Part shown: positions 19,474-28,670 of the stretch, piece after piece | Layout: each line of letters opens with the position of its first letter | Position numbering within the stretch: the first letter of the stretch is position 1 | Assembly (NCBI GenBank): GCA_031403365.1 | Contig: JANNTE010000127.1 | Coordinates: 1-38,542, forward strand | Origin: Betaproteobacteria bacterium | Lineage (GTDB): Bacteria > Pseudomonadota > Gammaproteobacteria > Burkholderiales > JACQAP01 | Direction: 5' to 3' | Length of the DNA: 38,542 nucleotides | The notes under the pieces: model-generated | Databases searched by the model: none | Told to the model about the DNA's origin: nothing | The model's input: the letters and a program-made list of their open reading frames with translations, nothing else | Program-made: the position numbers and the translations under genes

Positions 19474-19734
19474 ATGCAGGCTCTGATCGCCTATTTTATT
19501 GTTGCCACCGCAATGTTTTACGCGGCCTGGCTGTTCATGCCGCTGGCGTTGCGCGGCCGGCTGATCGCGCGTTTCATCGCATTGGTCCCTGCGTCGCAGA
19601 AGGCTCGTTTTGCCCGTCTGCGGTCGGGGGCGGAGAGCGTGGGTTGCAGCTCGTGCAAAGGCTGCGCAAGCACCGCATCATCCTCTGCGCCGCGGGCAGC
19701 GCAGACCAAAACTGTTCAATTTCATCGCCGGTAG
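19474..19734 (+). CDS. Small FeoB-associated Cys-rich membrane protein
   Basis: Starts 3 nt after the feoB stop; N-terminal TM; GCSSCKGC motif. Confidence 0.8.
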   Translation: MQALIAYFIVATAMFYAAWLFMPLALRGRLIARFIALVPASQKARFARLRSGAESVGCSSCKGCASTASSSAPRAAQTKTVQFHRR

Positions 19735-19735
19735 A

Positions 19736-21070
19736 CTACCGGGTACTGGGGCGCGGTGATAACCACCCGCCCGGGTTCATGCCAGCGTTGATCCAGTCCC
19801 GGCTTTTGACGCCTTCGGGAGGTTGCACCCGCTCCGCCGTGTAGTGCTTGATGTTGCCAATGGTGATCCGGCCATTGACCGTGCGCGCTGTCCCATAGGC
19901 GGTACCGGTTACGGCTTGATGACCGCGGCCCAGTTTCATCACGACCCTGCCGCTCGGCGCATCGAAGCTCTGGTACTCGAACGCGGCGATGATCGCGTCG
20001 GTTCCCGGATTGCGCTGCCTGGTGCCCGGAGCGATCTGCTCCGTCGCTTTTTCATACGCGCTTTTCAGGCCGAGCAAAGCCTGCGCCATGCTGTACGCCG
20101 GATAATTCGGGACATCCCGGGCACTCTCGAAGTAAATCTGCCGCAGCCAGTCCTGCAACGCGCTTCTGGGTGCGAAAACGCCGTTGGTGCCACGCGCGCC
20201 AACAATGCTGCCGTCCGGGATGCTGCCCGCCAATCGGCCCAAATGTGCTTCGCCTGCGACCAGCATGAGTTGACTGCGCGAGAATAGGTTTTTCGCCATC
20301 GCCTGCGGCATGAATGCTTCCAGATCGTCTCCCCAGAAGCTGGAAAAGATCACTTCGGAATCGCTTCTTCCAAGCGCCTCGATTTCTCCTGCGTAATTCC
20401 CGCTGCCGAATTTCGCCCACTGCGAGGTGGTGATGGCCAGATCGGGGTTGAGCGAGAGCATGGCCGCGCTGAAGTCCGCCCAGGACTCCCGTCCCCAAGG
20501 GTAGTTCTGATTGATTCCGGCCAGGCTCTTCAGGCCGGGTCGATTTTCCGACAGATACAGGGCCCCCGCGACGGCGTCCATGGTGCTGTGTGACCGGGAG
20601 CGAAACACGTAACGGTAGCTCGCTTCTTCGAAAATTCGCGGCGTGCCGCAATCGAGCAGGACGGTGATGATGCGCAGTTCCTCCGCAACCGGCGCCACCG
20701 CCAGACAATTGCCATCGCCGGTGTAGCCGACAACGAAATCGACCTGCTTGCGGGAAACAAGGGCGCGCAGAACGGCAACCTGTCTGGCCGCACCTCCGGC
20801 TTCGTCGATAAACACCAATTCCAGTTTCCTGCCGCCAAATCCCCTCGCGGTGTAGGGTGCGGGTGCACTGCCGGAGTTCAGTGAGCCCACAATCGCTTCC
20901 GCGGCAAGTCTTGCAGGGATGCCAAGCGATGCCGCAGCCGGACCGGAGAGGAAAGTCACCAGGCCGATCCGGATTGGCCTGCTCTGGGCCAGAGATGCGG
21001 GTGAGAAAGCCAGCGCGATGCACAACAGCAGGGACGCGAAAATCGAGAGTCTGGATGTCCTGATGTTCAT
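19736..21070 (-). CDS. ABC transporter substrate-binding protein, branched-chain amino acid (type 1 PBP) family
   Basis: Signal peptide ending ASLA-Q, IRIGLVTFLSGPAA, DCGTPRIFEE, YPWGRESW, SSFWG. Start placed at ATG 21070. Confidence 0.9.
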   Translation of the reverse strand: MNIRTSRLSIFASLLLCIALAFSPASLAQSRPIRIGLVTFLSGPAAASLGIPARLAAEAIVGSLNSGSAPAPYTARGFGGRKLELVFIDEAGGAARQVAVLRALVSRKQVDFVVGYTGDGNCLAVAPVAEELRIITVLLDCGTPRIFEEASYRYVFRSRSHSTMDAVAGALYLSENRPGLKSLAGINQNYPWGRESWADFSAAMLSLNPDLAITTSQWAKFGSGNYAGEIEALGRSDSEVIFSSFWGDDLEAFMPQAMAKNLFSRSQLMLVAGEAHLGRLAGSIPDGSIVGARGTNGVFAPRSALQDWLRQIYFESARDVPNYPAYSMAQALLGLKSAYEKATEQIAPGTRQRNPGTDAIIAAFEYQSFDAPSGRVVMKLGRGHQAVTGTAYGTARTVNGRITIGNIKHYTAERVQPPEGVKSRDWINAGMNPGGWLSPRPSTR

Positions 21071-21118
21071 GCGGTGTTCCCGGTTCCTGCAATGCCAAAA
21101 CAGACGCCGGAATTCTAC

Positions 21119-21200
21119 GGCGTCGCCAAGGGATGCCAAGGTTTCGCCAACCAGGGATGCGAAGGCTTCGCCAACCAAGGGTGCCAAGGCTTCGCCAGTC
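21119..21200. repeat. Three imperfect 24-bp tandem repeats plus a partial unit
   Basis: AGGGATGCCAAGGTTTCGCCAACC (21129-21152), AGGGATGCGAAGGCTTCGCCAACC (21153-21176), AAGGGTGCCAAGGCTTCGCCAGTC (21177-21200); partial GGCGTCGCCA at 21119-21128. Confidence 0.9.
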
Positions 21201-21207
21201 GGTAATT

Positions 21208-22632
21208 CTATGCAATGCGCAGCCGCGACCTGGCGCGTGCGATGGCAGCCCGCACCTGGTTGGGCGCAGTGCCGCCGATATGGTCGCGCGCCGCCAGCGA
21301 GCCTTCGAGCGACAACTGGTCGAGCACGTCGGCGTCGATCAGGCTCGCGAACTGTTTCAACTCGTCTATGCCCAGTTGTGCAAGATCAAGGCCTCTGCCT
21401 GCAGCGCTGCGCACGGCACGCGCAACGACCTCATGCGCTTGCCTGAACGGCATGCCTTTCTTCACCAGATAGTCCGCGAGATCGGTTGCCGTGGCGTAGC
21501 CCTCAGACGCCGCTCGGCGCATTGCCTGAGCATCGACGCTGATGCCGCCGATCATGTCCGTGTAGATCCTGAGCGTCGCATTGACGGTGTCCGCAGTGTC
21601 GAACAAGGGCTCCTTGTCTTCCTGATTGTCCTTGTTATAGGCCAGCGGCTGGCCCTTCATCAGAGTAAGCAGGCCCATCAGGTGGCCATTGACACGACCG
21701 GTCTTGCCGCGCACCAGTTCAGGCACGTCGGGATTCTTCTTCTGCGGCATCATCGATGAGCCGGTGCAGAAGCGATCAGCCAGCCGGATAAACCCGAAGC
21801 GGGGATTCATCCAGAGAATCAGCTCCTCCGACAACCGCGACAGGTGCGTCATGAGCAGCGCCGCAGCGGCGCAATACTCAATGGCGAAGTCGCGGTCGGA
21901 TACCGCGTCGATCGAGTTTTCGCAAACGCCGTCGAAACCAAGTTCTTTTGCCACGCGTTCACGATCAATGGGGAATGTCGTTCCAGCGAGTGCGCCTGCG
22001 CCCAGAGGCAGGACGTTGAGCCGCTTGCGGCAGTCCGCGAAACGGGAAGCATCGCGACCCACCATTTCGTAATAGGCCATCAGGTGATGCGCGAAGCTCA
22101 CCGGTTGTGCGACCTGCAAGTGCGTAAACCCAGGCATCAAGGTATGGAGATGTTGTTCCGCGAGATCCAGCAGGCGACTCTGGAAGGCGGCCATGAGGGA
22201 CAACGCATCGTCAATCACGGCACGAAGAAACAGCCGAATGTCGGTGGCCACCTGATCGTTGCGCGAGCGCCCGGTGTGCAGTCGTTTGCCAGCATCGCCG
22301 ACCAGATCCGTCAGGCGTCTCTCGATGTTGAGGTGGACATCCTCAAGATCAATCGACCAGATGAATTTTCCGCTCTGGATTTCATCAGAAATGGCGCCCA
22401 TGCCGCGCTCGATGTCTGCAAGGTCGGTGCTGGACAGCACCCCAACCGCGCGCAGCATGCGCGCATGCGCAAGAGAGCCCTGAATGTCGAACTCCGCCAG
22501 CCTTTTGTCGAAACTGACCGACGCCGTATAACGCTTGACCAGCTCCGCGACCGGCTCGTCAAATCTGCCCGACCAGGTTATGCCATTTTCGGTCTTGCCA
22601 TCTTTGTCTGCCGGTGGTTCCTGTGGTTGCAT
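21208..22632 (-). CDS. argH: Argininosuccinate lyase
   Basis: [35 protein letters not shown], signature [22 protein letters not shown]. Confidence 0.98.
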   Translation of the reverse strand: MQPQEPPADKDGKTENGITWSGRFDEPVAELVKRYTASVSFDKRLAEFDIQGSLAHARMLRAVGVLSSTDLADIERGMGAISDEIQSGKFIWSIDLEDVHLNIERRLTDLVGDAGKRLHTGRSRNDQVATDIRLFLRAVIDDALSLMAAFQSRLLDLAEQHLHTLMPGFTHLQVAQPVSFAHHLMAYYEMVGRDASRFADCRKRLNVLPLGAGALAGTTFPIDRERVAKELGFDGVCENSIDAVSDRDFAIEYCAAAALLMTHLSRLSEELILWMNPRFGFIRLADRFCTGSSMMPQKKNPDVPELVRGKTGRVNGHLMGLLTLMKGQPLAYNKDNQEDKEPLFDTADTVNATLRIYTDMIGGISVDAQAMRRAASEGYATATDLADYLVKKGMPFRQAHEVVARAVRSAAGRGLDLAQLGIDELKQFASLIDADVLDQLSLEGSLAARDHIGGTAPNQVRAAIARARSRLRIA

Positions 22633-22705
22633 TGAAGCTTGGCCCCGTTCACAATGGAATGCGTTAAATAATTGTTTTCTTGCGTCTTTCGGCGCGTCTG
22701 TAACG

Positions 22706-23719
22706 ATGGCAAGTATAAATCAAAACCCGCGTGCGACTTTGCTGCCGAACTTCGGCAACGTCGGAGCGATACTTCGCATCCTGTTGGTTGTCGCGGCCAT
22801 TACGTTCGGTGCGGCGGCAGTGAAGTCGTTCACCTTGTCCGGAGCACTTGAACAGTGGCTCGCAATTTCTGCATTGGCGCAACCGATCACTATGGTGTCA
22901 TTGCTCGCCCTCGGCGTAAGCAACGCCTGGCTGCACCAACTCGAATATCCGAAGGCGGTCGCTGCAATCCTGTTCCTGGAGATGGTCATTACGATGATCG
23001 TGCTTGTCTTCGGGGCGATGCTGCTTGGCACCGATGTGCGCAACCCCGAGCGCGCGCTGTTGTTTACGGCGGTTGTGAGCGGGCTGCTCCTGGCCTATTT
23101 CAACTTGCGCAACCGCGCGCTTTCGCCGGCCTTGGCGGAAGCCAGACTGCAAGCCCTTCAGGCGCGCATCCGCCCGCACTTTCTATTCAACAGCATTAAC
23201 GCAGTACTGTCGTTGATCCGCGCCGATCCTCGTCGCGCGGAGACTGCGCTCGAGGACATGGCCGATTTGTTTCGCATATTGATGGCCGACAATCGCGATC
23301 TGGCGCCGTTGGAGAACGAAGTCGAATTGTGCCGCCAGTACCTTGCCATCGAGGAACTGCGGCTGGGAGACCGGCTTCAAGTCGAGTGGCATGTGGATAA
23401 AATGCCCGGGAACGCGCTGGTCCCGCCGTTGCTGTTGCAGCCCTTGCTCGAAAACGCGATCTATCATGGCATTGAGCCGTCGATCGAACCCGGTGTGGTC
23501 AGCATCAATATCTATCTTGTTCGCGATCTGGTTCACATGGTTCTCAACAATCCGTATCGCAAGGACGGCAATCACCACTCTGGCAACAAGATGGCCCTGG
23601 GCAACATCCGGGAGCGTTTATCCCTGCACTACGATGCGGAGGCCAGCCTGCAAACCCGAGTGGGTGAAAGAGACTACGAGGTTCACATCACGATTCCGTA
23701 TGTGAAAGCGGACCCATGA
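22706..23719 (+). CDS. algZ: LytS/AlgZ(FimS)-family sensor histidine kinase
   Basis: Four TM segments, H-box [16 protein letters not shown]-box [12 protein letters not shown]. Sits between argH and algR-hemC, as in Pseudomonas. Start placed at ATG 22706. Confidence 0.85.
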   Translation: MASINQNPRATLLPNFGNVGAILRILLVVAAITFGAAAVKSFTLSGALEQWLAISALAQPITMVSLLALGVSNAWLHQLEYPKAVAAILFLEMVITMIVLVFGAMLLGTDVRNPERALLFTAVVSGLLLAYFNLRNRALSPALAEARLQALQARIRPHFLFNSINAVLSLIRADPRRAETALEDMADLFRILMADNRDLAPLENEVELCRQYLAIEELRLGDRLQVEWHVDKMPGNALVPPLLLQPLLENAIYHGIEPSIEPGVVSINIYLVRDLVHMVLNNPYRKDGNHHSGNKMALGNIRERLSLHYDAEASLQTRVGERDYEVHITIPYVKADP

Positions 23720-24489
23720 CCAAACACCCGCAGGCATTGACCGTTGTCATCGTCGATGACGAAACGCCGGCGCGCAGCCGGTTGCGCGACCTTCTGGAAG
23801 ACTGCGCCAGCAGTTTTCCGATCGAGCTTGTCGGAGAGGCGGCCAGCGGAATCGCGCTGCTGGCATTGCTGGAAAAGACGCCGGCGGAAGTGGTGCTGCT
23901 CGATATTCGCATGCCGGAGATGGACGGACTGGAAGCGGCCCGGCATTTGCTGAAGCTTCAGAATCCGCCTTCCGTCATCTTCACCACCGCGTACAACGAC
24001 CATGCTCTTGAAGCATTCGAACTGCATGCGGTGGACTATCTGGTCAAGCCGATCCGGTTGCGGCGTTTGCACGACGCGTTGACGCGGGCCCGCGCCATTA
24101 CCCCGTTGCGGCTCGATGTGCTGCAAAGAATCGCGCCCGAGGCCCGCAAGCATCTTTCCGTTCATGAGCGCGGCAAGGTAACGCTGATTCCGGTGCCGGA
24201 AATCCTCTACCTGCGCGCTGAGCTCAAGTACGTCACGGTGCGCACGGCAGCGGGCGAACATCTGGCGGAGGAATCACTTGCCCGACTGGAGACCGAGTTT
24301 GCCGGTCAATTTGTGCGCATCCATCGTAGCTGTCTCGTGGCGGTGGCGCACATCACCGGTTTCGAGAGACAATCCGGGGAGTTGGGCGAGTCGCACTGGA
24401 CTGTCATGCTGAACGGTCTGGATGAAAAACTGGCGGTCAGTCGCCGCCAGCAACATATCGTCAAGGAGCTCGGGCGTAGTTTGCTGTAA
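23716..24489 (+). CDS. algR: LytTR-family response regulator, AlgR-like
   Basis: VIVDDE, LLDIRMP, FTTAY, DYLVKP receiver motifs; LytTR FVRIHRS and VSRR. Confidence 0.88.
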   Translation: MTKHPQALTVVIVDDETPARSRLRDLLEDCASSFPIELVGEAASGIALLALLEKTPAEVVLLDIRMPEMDGLEAARHLLKLQNPPSVIFTTAYNDHALEAFELHAVDYLVKPIRLRRLHDALTRARAITPLRLDVLQRIAPEARKHLSVHERGKVTLIPVPEILYLRAELKYVTVRTAAGEHLAEESLARLETEFAGQFVRIHRSCLVAVAHITGFERQSGELGESHWTVMLNGLDEKLAVSRRQQHIVKELGRSLL

Positions 24490-24604
24490 CCGGGCATTGT
24501 CTCGCTATCGCGGCAAACGGCTATTCCTGCTGCGCGGAAAAGTGTCCGCGGTGGACGGGAATCCTGAACTGAGATTTTGAAACCCCCGAGGGTTGCCTTT
24601 CGTT

Positions 24605-25561
24605 GTGAATTATCCGTCCACAATTATCATTGCGACCCGAGAAAGCGCTTTGGCCATGTGGCAGGCGCAACATATCGAGGCCAGGCTCCGCGCCCTGTAT
24701 CCGTCGATGCGCACGCAATTGCTGGGCATGACGACGGAGGGCGACCGCCTGCTTGGCACGTCGCTGGCGAAGATTGGTGGCAAGGGGCTGTTTGTGAAGG
24801 AACTGGAGCTCGCCTTGCAAACGGGACAGGCGGACATTGCCGTGCATTCGATGAAGGACGTTCCGATGAATCTGCCCGACGGATTCACCATTGCGGCCAT
24901 CACCGAGCGCGAAGATCCGCGCGATGCTTTCGTGTCGAACCGCTATCCGGACCTGGGCAGTCTGCCGCAAGGCGCCGTGATAGGCACGTCCAGCCTGAGG
25001 CGTGAGAGCCAGTTAAGGGCCAGGTTCGCGCATTTGCGCGTCGAACCCCTGCGCGGCAACGTGCAGACGCGCTTGCGCAAACTGGACGAAGGCCGGTACG
25101 CCGGCATCATTCTCGCCGCTGCCGGACTTAAAAGACTGGGTCTTGCCGCGCGCATCACCAGTATTATCGAGCCGGCAGTCAGTCTGCCGGCAGTCGGACA
25201 AGGAGCGCTGGGGATCGAATGCCTGTCGAAGCGCGGCGACCTGATCGAGGCATTGGCACCCTTGAATGACCCGGACACTTCTTGGTGCGTGGAAGCCGAG
25301 CGCGCGCTGAGCCGTTCGCTCGCCGGGAGTTGTCAATTACCGCTGGGCGGATTTGCCGAAATCAACGCGGGTCATGCGCGTTTACGCGGTTTCGTTGCCA
25401 GTCCCGACGGCAGTCGTGTGGTCAGTGATGAACTTGGCGCGCCTGTCTCCGGCAATCCGCTGGAGCTTGGACACGCGCTGGCGCGGTGTCTGATCGAGAA
25501 GGGTGCGCGCGAGATCCTGGCCGCACTGGATACGCATCCTGATGAAACCCGCCCTGGCTGA
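24605..25561 (+). CDS. hemC: Hydroxymethylbilane synthase (porphobilinogen deaminase)
   Basis: [49 protein letters not shown], cofactor Cys in GSCQLP. Start is GTG 24605 or TTG 24593. Confidence 0.97.
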   Translation: MNYPSTIIIATRESALAMWQAQHIEARLRALYPSMRTQLLGMTTEGDRLLGTSLAKIGGKGLFVKELELALQTGQADIAVHSMKDVPMNLPDGFTIAAITEREDPRDAFVSNRYPDLGSLPQGAVIGTSSLRRESQLRARFAHLRVEPLRGNVQTRLRKLDEGRYAGIILAAAGLKRLGLAARITSIIEPAVSLPAVGQGALGIECLSKRGDLIEALAPLNDPDTSWCVEAERALSRSLAGSCQLPLGGFAEINAGHARLRGFVASPDGSRVVSDELGAPVSGNPLELGHALARCLIEKGAREILAALDTHPDETRPG

Positions 25562-26369
25562 AGTCGGCGTATTGATCACCAGGCCTGCGGGTCAGGCAGG
25601 GCAGCTGGCGGAACTGGTCGCGGCCGCCGGCGGCAAACCGGTGCTGTTTCCGGCCCTGGAAATCGAACCACTGGAAGGTATGGAGACTCGTGCGCCGCTG
25701 AACGCGCCGCTGCATTTCGACCTGCTAATATTCGTCAGCCCGAACGCGGTTCGCGTAGCGATGCCGCATATTCGCAGGCAAGGGGGCATCGCGGCGGGAG
25801 CCAGGGTGGCCGCGGTCGGACCGGGGACAGTGGCTGAGTTGAAGAAGTCCGGAGTCCGGAACATCATATCGCCCAGATCGGGATTCGACAGCGAGGCACT
25901 GATCCGTGAATTATCCTCGCTGGCGCTTGAAGGCAGTCGCGCCCTGATCATCCGGGGACAGGGTGGGCGCGAACTTCTGGGCGAAACGCTGCGTTTGCGC
26001 GGAATTGAGGTCACTATTCTGGAATGCTATCGGCGGAAAAAGCCGGACGCCGATCTCAACGAACTGCTGGCCGGGCGGAGTAAGGGCGAATTAAGGGCGT
26101 GTGTTGCCACGAGTTCGGCTATCGTAGTCAATCTTTTCAGCATGGCCGGCGATGCCGGGCGTTCCTGGTTGTCGGGTACGACTTTTTTCGTTTCCCATCC
26201 GCGTGTGGCCGCCACGGCGATATCCTGCGGAGTGCGGCAGGTGATCGTCGCCGGAGTCGGCGACGAGGCTTTGGTGACGGCAATGAAAACGTGGTTCCCA
26301 CGCAATAACCTGCGCCCGCCAATCCCCCTTATGCCAATCAATGACGCTTCGGGACTTAGCGATGTCTGA
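25542..26369 (+). CDS. hemD: Uroporphyrinogen-III synthase
   Basis: [38 protein letters not shown]; overlaps the hemC end. Confidence 0.93.
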   Translation: MKPALAEVGVLITRPAGQAGQLAELVAAAGGKPVLFPALEIEPLEGMETRAPLNAPLHFDLLIFVSPNAVRVAMPHIRRQGGIAAGARVAAVGPGTVAELKKSGVRNIISPRSGFDSEALIRELSSLALEGSRALIIRGQGGRELLGETLRLRGIEVTILECYRRKKPDADLNELLAGRSKGELRACVATSSAIVVNLFSMAGDAGRSWLSGTTFFVSHPRVAATAISCGVRQVIVAGVGDEALVTAMKTWFPRNNLRPPIPLMPINDASGLSDV

Positions 26370-27411
26370 TCAGCAAAACGAGTCAAAACCTGTCGGCGCC
26401 TCGCCCGCCGCATCACCACCGCGCCGGTCATATTTGGCCGCAGCGGCAATTTTTCTGTCGGCAGTAGCGCTCCTTGGATCGGGATGGCAGTGGTTCGATT
26501 CGACTCGCAGCTTCGAACGATTCGAGTTCGAGCTTGCGAAGCGCCTCGGCGACATCGATAACCTGAGCCGCGACGCGCGTTCACTCGCCATGCAGTCGCG
26601 CGACGCGATGGGCGAGGCCAGTGCGAGACTCGGTCAGTTGGAGGTACGCACGATTGAACTGCAGAATCAGCGTTTCGCCATCGAATCGCTCTATCGCGAT
26701 CTCGCCGGCAGCAAGGACGAATGGACGCTGGCCGAGGTGGAGCAGGTGCTCCTGATTGCCAATCAGCAATTGCTGCTGGCCGGCAATGTCAAGGCGGCAT
26801 TGATCGCAATGGAAACTGCCGATGCGCGGATCTCGCGCATGGAGCGGGCGCAACTGACCGCGTTGCGCCGTGCGGTCAACGCCGACATGGAACGCCTGAA
26901 AGCCGTGCCGCATCTCGACATTGTCGGTATGACTTTGATGCTGGATCAGATGATGAATCAGATTGATACCCTGACTCTGGCCATGAATGCGCGTCCGCCA
27001 CGACCGGTCTCCGAACCGCAGCCTTCCGCAGCCGGGTTCTGGCAACGGATCTGGGGGGAAGTGGTGCAGGATCTCGGCGACTTGATCCGGGTTGAAAACA
27101 TCGGCACGCCGGAAGTCCCGTTTTTGTCACCAGATCAGGCTTTCTTTTTGCGCGAGCATCTGAAGTTACGGCTGCTGGGCGCACGTCTGGCCCTGCTCGC
27201 GCACGATGAGGCGAGTTTTCGCGCCGACATCAATGCCGCCTCCGGGTGGCTGGCCCGTTACTACCCTGCTTCTGACAAAACGGTCGCCGCGGCACAGGCC
27301 GCCTTGAAAAAGCTTGTCCAGACGGACATCAGCATTCAGGTGCCCGACATATCCGCGAGTCTGGATGCGGTGCGCCGTCTCAGACTCGTGCGCGAACGTG
27401 TGCTGCGCTGA
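26362..27411 (+). CDS. hemX: HemX-family membrane-anchored coiled-coil protein
   Basis: Single N-terminal TM, EWTLAEVEQVLLIANQQLLL, LLGARLALL; lies between hemD and hemY. Confidence 0.9.
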   Translation: MSDQQNESKPVGASPAASPPRRSYLAAAAIFLSAVALLGSGWQWFDSTRSFERFEFELAKRLGDIDNLSRDARSLAMQSRDAMGEASARLGQLEVRTIELQNQRFAIESLYRDLAGSKDEWTLAEVEQVLLIANQQLLLAGNVKAALIAMETADARISRMERAQLTALRRAVNADMERLKAVPHLDIVGMTLMLDQMMNQIDTLTLAMNARPPRPVSEPQPSAAGFWQRIWGEVVQDLGDLIRVENIGTPEVPFLSPDQAFFLREHLKLRLLGARLALLAHDEASFRADINAASGWLARYYPASDKTVAAAQAALKKLVQTDISIQVPDISASLDAVRRLRLVRERVLR

Positions 27412-27444
27412 TGCCATGCATGCAAGAGCAGGCAGGGTGATGTG

Positions 27445-28653
27445 ATGCGCGCATTGTTGTGGATTCTGGCATTGTTTGCCGCCGCAATCGGTTTGGTGAT
27501 GGCTGCGCGATACAATAACGGCTATGTATTAGTGGTACTGGCCCCCTGGCGGGCCGAACTTTCGTTCAATTTTGCGCTCCTGCTGGCGTTGACGCTGTTT
27601 TTCCTGGGCTACATCCTGTTGCGCATGGTGAGCGCGACCTTGAGCACGCCGGCGCGCGTGCGCGTGTTCCAGAAGCGGCGCGCGCAAGAGCGGTCGCGGG
27701 CCGTGTTCAAGGATGCGTTGGTCAATTTCTTCGAAGGCCGATTCCGGCGTGCGGAAAAAGCGGCATCTTCGGCGCTCAAGGCCGGAGAATCGCCGGCTCT
27801 TTCCGCGATACTTGCGGCGCGCGCCGCCAACGGCATGCGCGACTACGACGCGCGGGACCGGTATCTCGCCCTGCCCGTGGGCGCCGACCCGGACGATGAG
27901 GCCATGCGGCTGATGGCGCAGGCTGAGATGTTGCTCGATGAGCGCCGATACTTTGAAGCCCTGGATATTCTAAAGAGGCTGCCGGAAAAACATACAGCGG
28001 CACTGCGCCTGGAATTGCGAGCACAGCAGATGGCCATGAACTGGGAACGCGTACTGGCGCTTGTTCCACAACTGGAGAAGCGCAAGGTGTTCGAGCGACC
28101 GGTCGTTGCGCAGTTGCGCCGGCAGGCGCTCATTGGAACCTTGACGCGTAAGGCGGTGGACGCGAAGTCGTTGCGGACCTACTGGGACCGGCTTGCCGCG
28201 GAAGATCGTAATGAACCGCACGTTGCCGCCGCCGCAGCGCAGGCATTCATCACTCTGGGAAGCGGCAGGGAAGCCCACAAGATCGTGGAGGAAGGCGTCG
28301 AGCGGCAGTGGGATCAGGCGCTGCTGGCGCTCTATGCTGAAGAGTTGGATGCGGACGTGAGGCAGCAGCTGGAGCGGGCCGAGTCGTGGCTCCAGAAACA
28401 CCCCCGCGATGCCGTGTTGCTGCTGACCCTGGGGCGGCTTTGCGCCCATCAGGGGCTATGGGGAAAGGCGCGCAGTTATTTCGATGCGAGCCTCTCGATC
28501 GAGCCGACGCATACGGCGCATCTGGAACTCGGGCGTCTGCTGGAACGCGAGGGCAAGCTGGCAGAAGGTGCAGCGGAATACAGGAAGGCGCTTGCAGTGA
28601 CTCTTGCTCAGTTGAAACAGCACGTCGGCGGACGCAGAAGGCTGGTGGTCTAG
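27445..28653 (+). CDS. hemY: HemY-family TPR membrane protein (proteobacterial heme-operon HemY)
   Basis: NNGYVLV plus TM N-terminus, TPR-like LLLTLGRLC...LWGKARSYFDASL; follows hemX. Confidence 0.9.
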   Translation: MRALLWILALFAAAIGLVMAARYNNGYVLVVLAPWRAELSFNFALLLALTLFFLGYILLRMVSATLSTPARVRVFQKRRAQERSRAVFKDALVNFFEGRFRRAEKAASSALKAGESPALSAILAARAANGMRDYDARDRYLALPVGADPDDEAMRLMAQAEMLLDERRYFEALDILKRLPEKHTAALRLELRAQQMAMNWERVLALVPQLEKRKVFERPVVAQLRRQALIGTLTRKAVDAKSLRTYWDRLAAEDRNEPHVAAAAAQAFITLGSGREAHKIVEEGVERQWDQALLALYAEELDADVRQQLERAESWLQKHPRDAVLLLTLGRLCAHQGLWGKARSYFDASLSIEPTHTAHLELGRLLEREGKLAEGAAEYRKALAVTLAQLKQHVGGRRRLVV

Positions 28654-28670
28654 CTTATGCCATCCCGATA

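Noticed and set aside
21119-21200. Possible mini-CRISPR array
   Set aside because: The units are contiguous with no unique spacers, and no cas genes are in the window.
22706-24489. Alginate biosynthesis locus
   Set aside because: The algZ/algR names reflect orthology only; no alginate genes are present.
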